A stretch of DNA of 60,320 bases, the filler included, from Thelocarpon superellum (taxonomy: Eukaryota): NCBI GenBank assembly GCA_026025795.1. It is 3 parts of 3 records of this genome, joined end to end, with 100 filler letters (N's around TTAATTAATTAA, not from the genome) between each part and the next. Parts side by side here need not be neighbours in the genome. Positions count along the whole stretch, not along the records: positions 20,211 to 40,224 come from JAPEUG010000334.1; 2 more parts are not named here. One strand, 5' to 3'. Under the pieces are notes generated by a model. It was not told the origin of the DNA, did no database searches, and was given only the letters and a program-made list of their open reading frames with translations. Numbering within the stretch: position 1 is the first letter of the stretch; each line of letters starts with the position of its first letter. A program made the position numbers and the translations under genes. Shown here piece after piece: positions 24,010-35,230 of the stretch.

Positions 24010-24925
24010 ATGCCTCCATTCCCTCTCGTAGTCTTCGATTTCGATGGCACCTTAATCCAGGAAGAGGTGATTGATGAGATTGCCCGCATCGCCGGCGTGG
24101 AGGAGCAGGTGGCCGTACGTGTGGACCCATGCAGTCCCTCGCGAGGGCCGTCGAGCTGACCTCATCTCGCTCGATGGCGGCAGGCGATCACGGCCAAGGC
24201 GATGAATGGCGAGATGGACTTTACCGAGTCCTTCTTGGCCCGGGTGCAGCTGCTCAAGGGCACCCCGGTCGCCGTCTTCCAACAGGTGCGAGCGCACATC
24301 AACATCACGCCGGGGGCCTTCGAGCTGTGCAAGGCTCTCAAGGCCTCGGGGTGCAAGCTCGCCGTCCTCAGCGGCGGCTTCACGCCGGTCGTGCACTTCG
24401 TTGCCGCCCAACTGGGGGTCGACTATGCCCATTCCAACCACGTAAATGCTCCACCTCTCACCCTGGGCCCGAGGGCGGCGTGATTGATCGGGCGGCAGCT
24501 GGCCTACACCTCGAACGGCGACCACTTCACGGGCCAGGTCATCGGCAGAGTGGTCGACGCCCAGCGCAAGGCCGATTTGCTGCTCGACATCTGTAAACTG
24601 GAGAACATGTCGCCCAGCCAGGCCGTGGTGATTGGCGATGGGGCGAACGATCTGCTGATGATGAAGCAGGCCGGACGCGCCATAGCCTTTGATGGCAAGG
24701 CGGCAGTGCGCAAGCACGTAGGTGGCTCTGGCTCCGCTCCGCTCCTGGGCGACCCCTTGATGGACGGATGGCTGATGGCGATGACAGGTCCCGCGCCAGT
24801 GCAACGGGAATCTCTTGGATGTCATCTACCACCTTGGCTACGACCCGGAGGAGCTCCGCAGTCTCATCGACTTTGACGAGACGAAGGTGGTCCATACCGA
24901 ACCGGCGGCGGAATGGATCGAGTGA
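24010..24925 (+). CDS. Short SerB-like phosphoserine phosphatase (HAD IB), 239 aa
   Basis: Introns 24115-24183, 24442-24498 and 24718-24787. Motifs VVFDFDGTLIQEEVIDEIA, ITAKAMNGEMDFTESF..RV, VLSGGF, K, IGDGANDLLM. Confidence 0.88.
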
Positions 24926-25211
24926 GGGTTCCCGCGGCGACATTGCGCCGATCCGACGACGATTCACCCTCTCCGTGCATCGTGTAGCTTAACGGAATGA
25001 ATTATCAGCGATCGCCCCGTTCATCATCCACAATGACACTTCTTATCCTCGTCTGTTGTGCCCACGTTCCCATCCTCTTACGACCCCGCCTGGGCATCAA
25101 GGAGTCTAAAGCGATACAAGACAGCCCAGAGCCCACGCTCCCTGTCTTCATCCGCTCGCTCCATCGTAAAGGAAACATTCAATGAGTGACTCGTCGCGGT
25201 CGTGCCATGGC

Positions 25212-27580
25212 TCACGATGGACGTGGACCGCCCACCGTACGCTGCACGCTGCGGCGGAGAGTGCCCGCGGCACTCATGACACGGGACCGACGCGTGGCGC
25301 CCGGTGGGAGGGGAGCACTGGCTCTACGCTGCATCACGCCGGGGCTTCGACGCGAGGTCTTCGTGGCCGTGTTGCTCGCTGACGTGCCCGGACGTGAGGG
25401 CGCCGGAAGCGCGCCAACACTCTTGCGACCCGTCGAAAGACCAACACGGGCCTTGGAGAGGCCTCGCAGCGACCCTCCCTTGCGCGGGCTGGTGGCACTG
25501 TCGACGCTCCTACGCGAGGTGGAGATGCCGACGCGGGCCGTGGACGTGCCTCGCAGAGACCCACCCGCACGCACGGCGGCGGCCTGGACAGCCTTGGGCA
25601 CCAGGACCTTGCGCTTCTTGGCGTTCTTGAGCGGCTTGTTCTCGTCCCCCGTGACCAAGTCGTGCATCTTGCGCTTTGCACTCTTGGCCTGGCCAATGAT
25701 GTTGGCCAGCACCGTCTTGGGCTCCTTGGGTCGTGGCCCGAGCACGCCGCGGCATTGGCTGGAGCCACAGCGACACTGCTGCACGTTCTTGACCGAAAAG
25801 GGGCTGTGATGGCGTGGCGTCAGCCGTCGCTCTAGTCTCTGTGGGGGGTGTGACGTGACGGGGTGGCTCACTCAAAGTTGTAGTCATACGAGAGCTCCTC
25901 GCCACTCATGACCCCGTGCTCGCCGGCAAAGAGGGCCATGCGAGGCTTGCCGGCGACGGTCCACTTGACCATCTTGCAGTTGGGCTCGCATGAATGGTTG
26001 ACGAAGCGCGCGATGGAGCCGCGGGTGGCATCGATGATCATGTTCTGATCGAACAGCATGAGGTAGTAGCACTGCAGGGGCGTCAGCTGATGTTGCCTCG
26101 GCCGGGGCCAGGGCACCCACCTCATTCTGCTTGTAGATCGTCTTCATGCGCGTCTCGCACTCATCTTGCGTGATGATCTCGCCGGTGTATTCGACGATGA
26201 TCTGGTGGGGCTCAAAGGTCCGGTTGCTGCGCACTCCGTACCCCTTCCCCTCCGTCTTGATGACCTCGACCCCGATGTTGTACTTTCCGCCCGCCTTGTA
26301 CCGCTGCTGCAGCTGCTCAAAGGGTCGGTTCGTGCATCGGTCAGCTCCGATGCTGCAGTTGCTGTCGTCGCATTCGTAAAACATGTGACGATTCTGGCAA
26401 TCTTCGTCGCAGCCCGACTCGAAGGGGCACAAGCACTTGGACATCTCGGGGAGTTTGGTGTTCTTCCAGAACGCCGCGGCATCGCCCACGAAGACATCTG
26501 GAGGGACGGGGTCAGCAACGAGGGTACGTGTGCGGCGGCTTCCACCATTGGCAGAATGTCACCGCTGGGGGACCCACTCTTCTGCTTCTTTCGCCACTCG
26601 TCAGGTTTCGGTTGCCCCGGCGGCAGCGGAGCATAGACGTCGAATGGCAGACGGAAATTTCTTCCCGTCTCCAAGAGTCTCTCCCCGCCAAACATGGGCA
26701 GCGGCATGATGGACCTCTGTGTGGCATCGGTCACCTTGAGGGAGGCCGCCTTGAGCTTGTTTTTTGCTTCGGTGAAGCGAGGATTGAAGCCTCGTGTCTG
26801 GCCGACGTACAGGCCAGACGACAGCCATCGCTTCTTGGATCGTTGGCTGGTGAGGGTGGGTGAGCGCTGGATGGTGTCGGCGGAGGCCCTTGGCTTCTTC
26901 TTTGCTGGACCATCGTCCGTGGCGGACGCCCCCTTTTCCGTGGCGGACGGAGCCGCGGCTCCCGCCCGGAGACCATGGGCGACCTCGCGGGCGCCATCTC
27001 GTCCGGCATCCACGGCGGCCCGTCCTCGCTTGCCCAAGGCAGTCAAGCCACCCTTGACGCCCGCCTTGGTCATCTGCACCATATGGGCACGAGTGGAGCG
27101 TCGTCGGCGGAGCGCGGCGGCCGCCATGGTAGTCTCCGCCGCGGCACCCACGGCATCGGGCGAGGTGGCGATTCGCCACTCCAAGTCGAGGGCCTTGATG
27201 CCCTCGCCCAAAAGCTGTCGACTGGGGTGACCGTCGACGAGAGTCTCGCCGGAGATGGTGCGGTTCCTGGTGTCGGTGGAGACATGTCTCCGGGACGTGC
27301 CCGACAGAATGCTCTCTCGATAGCTGCCGACATGGCTCCGGCGCGTGCGGAGGACGTGTGTGGCGTCGGGGGTGTGGTCCCCCGTCACCGACCCTTTGCT
27401 CGTGATGCTCGATGCGTCCGTTGCCGACGTGGGAGGGGTGCTCGATCCCAGATCCGTCGAGCCAGATTCCTCGGCCACGGTGCTGCAAGACGAGGTGGCG
27501 GCCGAGGTGGAGCGTGGGGCGGGGACCTTGGCGATGGTGGTGCCTGGCCCGAGGGGGGGCATCATGCGAGCCTTGGACAT
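25212..27580 (-). CDS. ASH1: ASH1-like histone H3K36 methyltransferase (AWS-SET-postSET)
   Basis: KKRWLSSGLYVGQ..RNFRLPFDV..PKPDEWRK, Cys-rich AWS, GKGYGVRS, RGSIARFVNHSCEPNC, ELSYDYNF, CRCGSSQCRGVLG; 3 introns. Confidence 0.88.
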
Positions 27581-28255
27581 GATGAGGGAGAGTTGCGCCA
27601 GTCAACGACCAATCCAAGTCTCGACCTGTTTCGGGGCGGTGATCGTACGACAGGCACGGGTCGAGCTCGCGCAGCCGGGGCAATCCAACAGATCCAGGTG
27701 AGGGATCGAGGCCAACGACTTATAGCGCTGCTGAGGGTTGGTGACGGAGCTACGAGTACGTTGACGTGCCCCGTGCTGCGGCAACACCGGCGAATGTTGT
27801 CGTGCACGACGGAAGACGAAGCCTCGCCGGTAGGATGGCCGACCAGCACCGCTCTCATAACAAACCAAATTCGGTAACGAGCCGTCGGCAGCATCGCTGG
27901 TAGCCAATCACCATCTATCGCTTCCGTCTCAGGGCGACGCGCGAGATGGACCTGGAGATCACGTGACTCATCACGAGTAACGTAGCACCATTGCTGTTTG
28001 GGTGGCAATGGAGGGACCGGCCATCTGGTCGCGCTGCTGCCTTGACTCCCCTGACCAATCCCAGTGCATTCGCACTCGCTCTGACAGCTGAACATGAAAA
28101 GAACATGACTAGATCTGCCTCATCCACCCACCTGCCCTCTCCTCTGTAATATATCACACACGTCTCGAGATGATACAGGCCCAAGCGCCGAACTTGGGAA
28201 GACAGGGAAAAGAAGGCAAATAAACGCTGGCAGATCAATGATGTGGAGCACCTCA

Positions 28256-30398
28256 TCAGAACTGGGGACGCCGGGCGGGGGCCGGCATTTCCCCGTCGGG
28301 TCGTGGACTGCCCCCTCCGAGCCCCGCGATTCCGAGGAAGCGATGTTGGAAGGAGGTCTTGCCGCCACGCACGGGCGCCATCTCCATCCCACCCCCACGT
28401 TCTTCGTCGACCAGCGGCCGCGAGCGCGTACCACGTCGCGCACCGAAGCGCTGATCGCCCGCTGCATAAGGCCGCTTGAAGCCCAGATACGTCGGTGGCC
28501 GTGGTCGGCACTGAACCACGCTGAGATTGGCGAGCACGTTTCCTTCGGAGAAGGGTCGGTGGCGATCCTCCTTGGTGAACTTGTGCGAGTTGAGGTATTC
28601 CCGCGTCGTTTCGCCCCGGCCGTTGAGCATGAAATGGTAGGCCCAAAGCGCTGCCGGATACGGCGTCACGATGACGCCCAAGATGGCCATGGCAAACGGC
28701 GTGCGCCACACGTTGATCGCGTCGCCAAACGAAATATCTTGCCGGGCCCGGTAGAGCAAGATGTGGGTCAGGCTGGCGCCCACCAAGAAGAGCCCAAGTA
28801 GGGTGCCGGAGGCGATGAAGACGAAGAAGTATCGATAGTTGCGCCGACCCACGCAGTTGTTGAGCCAGACGCAGTGATGATCCTGGGTCTCGATGCAACT
28901 GTCACAGACGCGGCAATGGTGGGCCCGGGGTGGGCGCCAGATGTTACACGTCTTGCAGTATTTCGTCGGCACCTCCATCGCCGTCCGCGAGTTCGTGAAG
29001 GATTTGATCGTCGTCCAGCCGGTCGTGGCGGGCCCGAGCGCGAGCGGATCTTCGTCTTCGGATGGGGGGGGAAAGGGGTGAAGACTCCGTGGAAGGATCT
29101 ATCGGCCACGATTAGCATGCCCTGGCGCTTACCACATCTCTCCCAACTTACCCCAGGATCCGTCACGGAGGCGTGAACAAAGGACGAGAGGCAGATGAGA
29201 AAGAGGTAGCCAAAGAGGATGGGGAGTGCCAGTGACACATTCTGTGCCAGCCAAGGACCGCTGAAGGGTAGGTTAGCTAAGGGCCATATGCAGAGACGCA
29301 CGCAGGGGAATCGTACGAGATGGCGAGAAAGAGGACGCCAGGAACGATGACGACGAGGCCTGTGATGATGTTGACCGGCCGTGAGCGTGTGTTCTGCCAT
29401 CGACCACCCCAGCAGAAAACGGTGTTGCCAGGAAAATATTGATAATTCTTCCCGAGGCGCGACTGATTCTCCGGTTTCGGCACGGTCGAGCCCGATCGTG
29501 GCGACGTCGTGGTGGACGAGATCTTTTCTCGGCCATGCATACTGGGCTTGGCCTGCGCCGCGATCTTTGCGGGGAGGATAAAGGATGAGCGGAATGTTCG
29601 CGGCGGTGACTGTCGCCGGGACGCGAATTTGCCGTCCGGCGCAGGTTCTTCGTCCAACACGACCGCACGATTGTTCGCCCGTTGTTGCAGGGGGGTGATG
29701 CTGTCGGTGAGACTGCGCATGGTCCCATATGCGCCCGGGCTCGCCTTGAGTGCGTCTCGCTCCGGCGAGTCTGGCTGGGTGATCTCCGTGTCCCGCGAGG
29801 GTGGAGGGAGCTCATGGTCTTGATGGATGACCAGACCCTGCGGCAGCGGTGGAATCGAGCCGATGCTCTGTCGATTGGGATTGCTAGCCGCGTCGCTGAA
29901 GCCATCGCCACTGACGCTGTTCTGAGCCGGGGTCGAGGCCCGACCCGCGCGTTGTGCCTGCAGGCGCTGGGAGCTCATGGGCCGGAAGAAGGCGTGAGAG
30001 CTGATGGTGGAGACATGGGTGCGGGATGCTGCACTCCCTGGCCTCGTGCCAGAGGATCGCTGGGGACTGAGGGCGCTCGGCGGCTGCAAGCTCCGCCTCG
30101 ACGGCGTCGAAGGAGACCAGACGCCTCTGGACGCTGTGTAGGCCGTGGCGGCGGTCGAGGGCCGGGACGGGCCCACCGAGGCGTCGGGGACGGAGGACTG
30201 GGTCATGGGTCGGCCAAAGCCCGGTCCGAGGTGGCTTTCGCCGACTCGGTCTTCGTCGCCATCCTCCGAGGCAATGTCGGTCATACGCGAGGAGATGATG
30301 CTGTGCGCATCTTGATTCTCCGACACGGGAAAGAGCGGATTCGGGAACGAATTGGATGGGAAGGACTGGAGATGATTGCTGCCCGGAGGGGAGGCCAT
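28256..30398 (-). CDS. ERF2: DHHC palmitoyltransferase Erf2
   Basis: GKNYQYFPGNTVFCWGGR, VTDPG|ILP, KYCKTCNIWRPPRAHHCRVCDSCIETQDHHCVWLNNCVGRRNYRYF, GETTRE; 2 introns. Confidence 0.93.
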
Positions 30399-31143
30399 GG
30401 TCGGTCCCTCGGGCTCGAAGACGGATCGTGGGGATCGATGTCTACCGATTCATCTGCCGCCGCCGTGGAGGCGTGGGTGGGAATGACGGAAATAAGCCGT
30501 GCGACGGTGTCAACGTCGCGGCCACAAAGAAAGGAGCACCGAACGGATGAAGACTGAGATTAGGTCCGTTGGCAAATCATGATAGGTGGTGATTGACGTG
30601 TGAAAGATGGGCCTGCCAAGAAAAGGGCACGGTCTCAAACCTGCGGCCGGCTGGGTTGGGTGGTAAAGAGGGCACAGGGCGGTGGTGTCGACTTTGGAGG
30701 TGGTAGGGGGGACCGTGCAACGCGTTGCCTGACTTGGGTCAACGCAAGAGACGAGCGACGAGTGACGAGCGACCAGCGACGAGCGACACGGCAGACGAAG
30801 CGACGGGGCGCGCTCTCACTTCATTTTCCCCCTTGGCGTCTCGCTTCAGCCCGCCCGACCGCTGCGATACCGTAGTCGCTCGTCCCTAGCCCGGCGGTGC
30901 CGGCAATCGCTTTTCCGGCGAGTCGTCGTCGTCGTCTCGGGCGAGTGCCCACGGCGCTCATCTGCAACTCTTTAGTCATGGATTAGTAAGGACCCTCGGC
31001 ATCTGCATCAACAGCGCCGTGGAGCACTGATCACATCATCGACGGCTACATTGTTGTCCATCCCTGTGGAGACCCCACCATCGCTCGAACCGTTACGCTC
31101 GCAGCATCGTCCACCCTCGCAGCACATCTGACCCGCTTTCATC

Positions 31144-31842
31144 ATGTCGACGATTGCGAAGCAGGCGGCCGGGAAGGTGGCCAGCAATGTGGCCAAGGCT
31201 GCCAAACCCGACGCCGCCGGCAACAAGACGTTGCGGAGAGAGGCGTCCAAGAACCCGGAACTCTACGTAGGTTACCAATCACCCTGTGATCCATCGAGTC
31301 ACTGCGGGGCACTGCTTCTTGGTTCCTCGGTCGCTTTCCAACTGCCACCTGACCGTCCACGCCCACGTCCGACTCACAACTTCATTCGTTTGCCGGACTG
31401 ACGCGCAACATCACAGATCTTGCTCGCCGTCATGTCGGGAGCATTTGCGCTCGCAGGCTGGCAGTTCGGTACGCCCGCCCATGTCGCTGTGCTCCAGTTC
31501 CACGAGTCTGCTCCTAGCAAGCTCACTGACCCATTTCAGGCCGCAAGCCCACATCCGCCAGCTCGGAAGAGAAGATTGGCATTGCACCGGGCTCAATGCC
31601 ATGGCAGACGGAGGGCACCAAGGGAGACGAGGCACGAGAACACTTCAAATACCAGTACCATCCGGGCGGTGACCCGCGAAACCCGCCCAAGAACGCGCCC
31701 AGTGCGCTTCACAGCGTCATCGTGCCCAACGTTAACTTGCCCAAGGTATGCCCATTCTCCTCCTGTCTTGACGGCACGGTGCTGACGTGGTCCCTAGGAT
31801 CTGCATGAGAAATACAACAAGTGGGGCAAGGATGGCTACTAG
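31144..31842 (+). CDS. Small conserved single-TM protein (141 aa), possibly B12D/NDUFA4-like mitochondrial protein
   Basis: Introns 31267-31416, 31469-31539 and 31746-31797 give ..KNPELY|ILLAVMSGAFALAGWQFG|..KYQYHPGGD..APSALHSVIVPNVNLPK|DLHEKYNKWGKDGY. The family label is inference from the PELY+TM pattern. Confidence 0.75.
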
Positions 31843-32532
31843 ATGGATGGGGTGGAAAGTGGTCGTGGTGGCGAAGGAGAGCGGGTGGACGGGAATGGGA
31901 CTTGTAAGGGTGGCAGCGGTGATCGTGGGGGCCAGCCCACCCAAATGCATCGATGTACCGCGTACTCGACACCTCATATCACGTGTTGAACCGTCACCCA
32001 GCGACCTCTCCGCCCTGCGAGCAAGTTGCTACAAGGTGTAGCTCGCACCGGGGACCTACGCACCTCGTTAGGAGAATCTCGCTTCTCTTCGTTGTACGCT
32101 GTCTGCGTAGCCTACATCCAACTCAATTCACGACGGATGCAACGAGAGAGAATACCCTCAGGCCTGGGCCCTGAATTAGAAAATAGCCCCAACAATCCTA
32201 ATCGACAGGAGAGAAGAGAAGAAGACTAGTATCGGCAAAAGAAAGGAGGGAGAAGAGAATGGGTGGAAGGGTGCAAAGGACGCCCCGTCCACCTGTCCTT
32301 TGATTGGCCTTGCAGTCAAGGAAATTATCAACGCCCAGATTATGCTTATGCGTTATGCGTGCAGGAGATCATTAGAGCTCGCTCCGAGGGGAGTACCCTA
32401 TGCCAGAAAGGTCACGTGCGCGGTGCGGGGGGGAGCGAGGAAGGTCCGCGAGATCATCAAGATGCGGTGAGGGTCGAGGGGGTGCGGTCGATGGGCAGAG
32501 ATGCGGGGAGACGAGGCCGGTGGAGGCCGCGC

Positions 32533-35230
32533 TCATGTGGGCGCCCCAACACCCACGACGCCGTTGCCGAGATCAATGGCAAAGGTCTTGAAGTTGAGAG
32601 TGATGCCATTGCCGGCACTCACGTTGGCGCTGGCGAGTAGCGTCGCGCCCAAAGAGGTGGATAGCGTTTGCTGTGCACTGGTGGCGATATTCATGCTCTT
32701 CTCTTGCAGGATGTAGAGCATTCCGACTCGGGCAAAGTCCAACGTATCCTCATCCACGAAGAGCGCCGTCGCGGTCGGGCTCGAGAGGGGCGCGGTGACG
32801 GGGCTGGCAGTGGGACTGGCGAAGATGATGCCATTGCTGGTCGCCTCCGGATCGAGGCTGGCCGGTGCCGAGATGACCGTCGGAAGGCCCGCAATGTCTT
32901 GCCGCTTCCTGTGCGGCGTCACCGTGGGCCCAGCCGCGGACGTGGACGATGCGCCGCCAGTGTTTCGGTCCGAGCGGCCATTGAACGTGACTAACGCGTT
33001 CTCGGATGGGCACGAGGCGTTGGCCGTCGTGAAGCCGGCGAGGATCTGGGAGCCATTGAGGGGGATGTTGAATTGACTCTGGCCGACCTGGAGCAGGCGC
33101 GGGATGGCGGACCCAAGCGTGGCGTTCTGCGAGCCCCCGCTGAGGTTGGTGACGGTGGTGTTGGAACAGCCATTGTCGGGCGGTACCGTGCATCGGTCGC
33201 CCGTATATCCGCCCGAGCAGACGCAACCGCACACGCCCGTGTCAAAGGAGTTTTGCCCGCCGTTGGCGCATTGCACGTTCGTCTGGCAGCTCGCCAGCTG
33301 CGCCTTCACGTCATTGTCATGCTGACGGGGGAGCACGACCACAGTGAGCGGAATGACGACGGCGGCGGTGATGACCACCATGGCGACGCCGAGCGTGACC
33401 AAGATCCACAAGGGGATGCCACAGTATCGACGAAAGCGGGCCGGCACCGGCTTGAACTTCTTGTCCAAGCTGCCCGTGGTGGACGAGCTGCCGCGGCGAC
33501 CACTGCGGTACACGGGTGGAGTATCGCGTGCATCTGATCCTGGCGTCGCCAGACCGGGAGGCGGGAAGGAGGCGAGGAGATCGGTCAAAGAGCCACCAGA
33601 TCGTCGTACTGATCGCAACACGTTAGCGCAGGGTTCAGCGGCAGAGCAGAGGGGCAGCGCAGAGGGGGCGTGTCCATGACTCACCTGACAGCACCTTTTC
33701 ATTCCCTCGCTCAGCCCGCGGCCAGTTGAAGCCCATGTCCATGCGGCTTGCAGGTCGTCCGCGATCGAGCACCGAGGCCAACGTTGTGGCTCGTCGGATC
33801 AGGTCCGGCAAACTGGTCAGGCTTCCCCGGGCTTCTGCCGCTTTGACAGCGTCCATGTTTAGGGGCGGCGGGCGTTTGAATCCGAAGTACGCATCATCCG
33901 GGCCCGCACCTCTCGCAGAGCCAGCATTCGCGGGGCGGGACATGCCCGCACGGGCGAGTGGCTTCGGTTTCATCACGGCGGCGGTGCCAAAGTCAGCACC
34001 TGCAGGCGCTGCGGCCGCGGCCGTGAGGCCGCTCGTCTCTGCTCCACTTCCTTGTGATTGCGACTCGCGCTCGGCGGAATCGGACTCGTTGAACTGCGCA
34101 CTGAGGCTCTCCGTGGATCGAGGCATGGACCGCGGCATTTCCAGTTCACTGCTCTCACGTTCGTAGGTGCGGATGGTGGTGAGGGATGGTCGGTGTCTCT
34201 GGCCTAAGCTCGCGTGCCGGACGAGGTCCCGTTCATCGCCGTCGGTTGACGTGGGTGATTGCGTTGCGCCATCAGCAGAAGGTTCCTCCTCATCTTCGAC
34301 GGCTTCATCCAAGCCAGATGCCTGGGGCGGAGGTAGTGGAGAGTTCCATCCCGAAGGAACCCCATTACCGGACGAGAATGATCCCGACGCTTCCTCGGGG
34401 ATGGGGTGGAAGGAGCTCTGTGAATAGTAGGAGGAATAGCCCCGCCGTGAGCTCGGCGGTCCAAAGCTCTTCCGTGCGGGCGTAGCATTGGGGACCGGGA
34501 AATCCGGGATGGAGCTGGTTGAGGAGGCGGTTGACTGGCGCGAGGAGATGACGGACGGCACGTGAGTGGAAAAGGCCGCAGGGGTGTTCAAGGGTGGGTA
34601 GAGCCCGCTTCGAGGCGTCTGCAAGCCTTCATCTCCCGCTTGGTTGACACTCTTGGCCGTGAGGCGATTAGGGTCCGGGATCCGTGGGGGCCCCATGAGC
34701 GATGAGATGTGACTGGGCAGCGGGGGCGTCTTCAAGCGTGATGGAAGGTCGGATTGGAACGTGTCTTGCGTCGGACTGTTGTTTAACCGCCGGCCGCTGC
34801 TGCGCCGATCGCTTTGAAAGGATCGTTGAGTGGCGGCAGGCGAGGGTGCCGGGGCCGGCCGCGAGATGGAGGCACCGATGGCCCCCGGATTTGCCCATCT
34901 CGACGACGACGATTTGCTGCTGGTCGATGGCGATGGTGATGGTGATGGTGCTTGCAGCCGCAGCGCCAACGGGCTCGGCGGCGGAGGTCGGCCACGATCT
35001 CCACCGCCATATCCGCGGTGGTTGCGGCCTCCGGCTTGTAGTGAAGACGGTAGACCGAGCGCCTCCCGTGCCTCGGGGTCGTCTGTCAAGACTTTGGTGC
35101 CGGGGGGTAATCCGCTCTCGATGCGTTCTCTCGCCTTTCGTACAGAGCCGACAAGCGCGGTGGGTGCGCCTTCTCGGGTCTGTTGCGGCCGCCCCGGGCC
35201 TCCGGGCGCGGCACGCGGGTCGAAGCTCAT
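32533..35230 (-). CDS. Type II single-pass membrane protein with an EGF-like domain (~873 aa)
   Basis: Intron 33609-33684 (gtgagt..gctaac..cag) joins the two ORFs. S/P-rich N-terminus with RGSLTSLPDLIRRAT..LDRGR, TM ILVTLGVAMVVITAAVVIPLTVVVL, then C..CANGG..CGCVCSGGYTGDRC. Confidence 0.8.
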
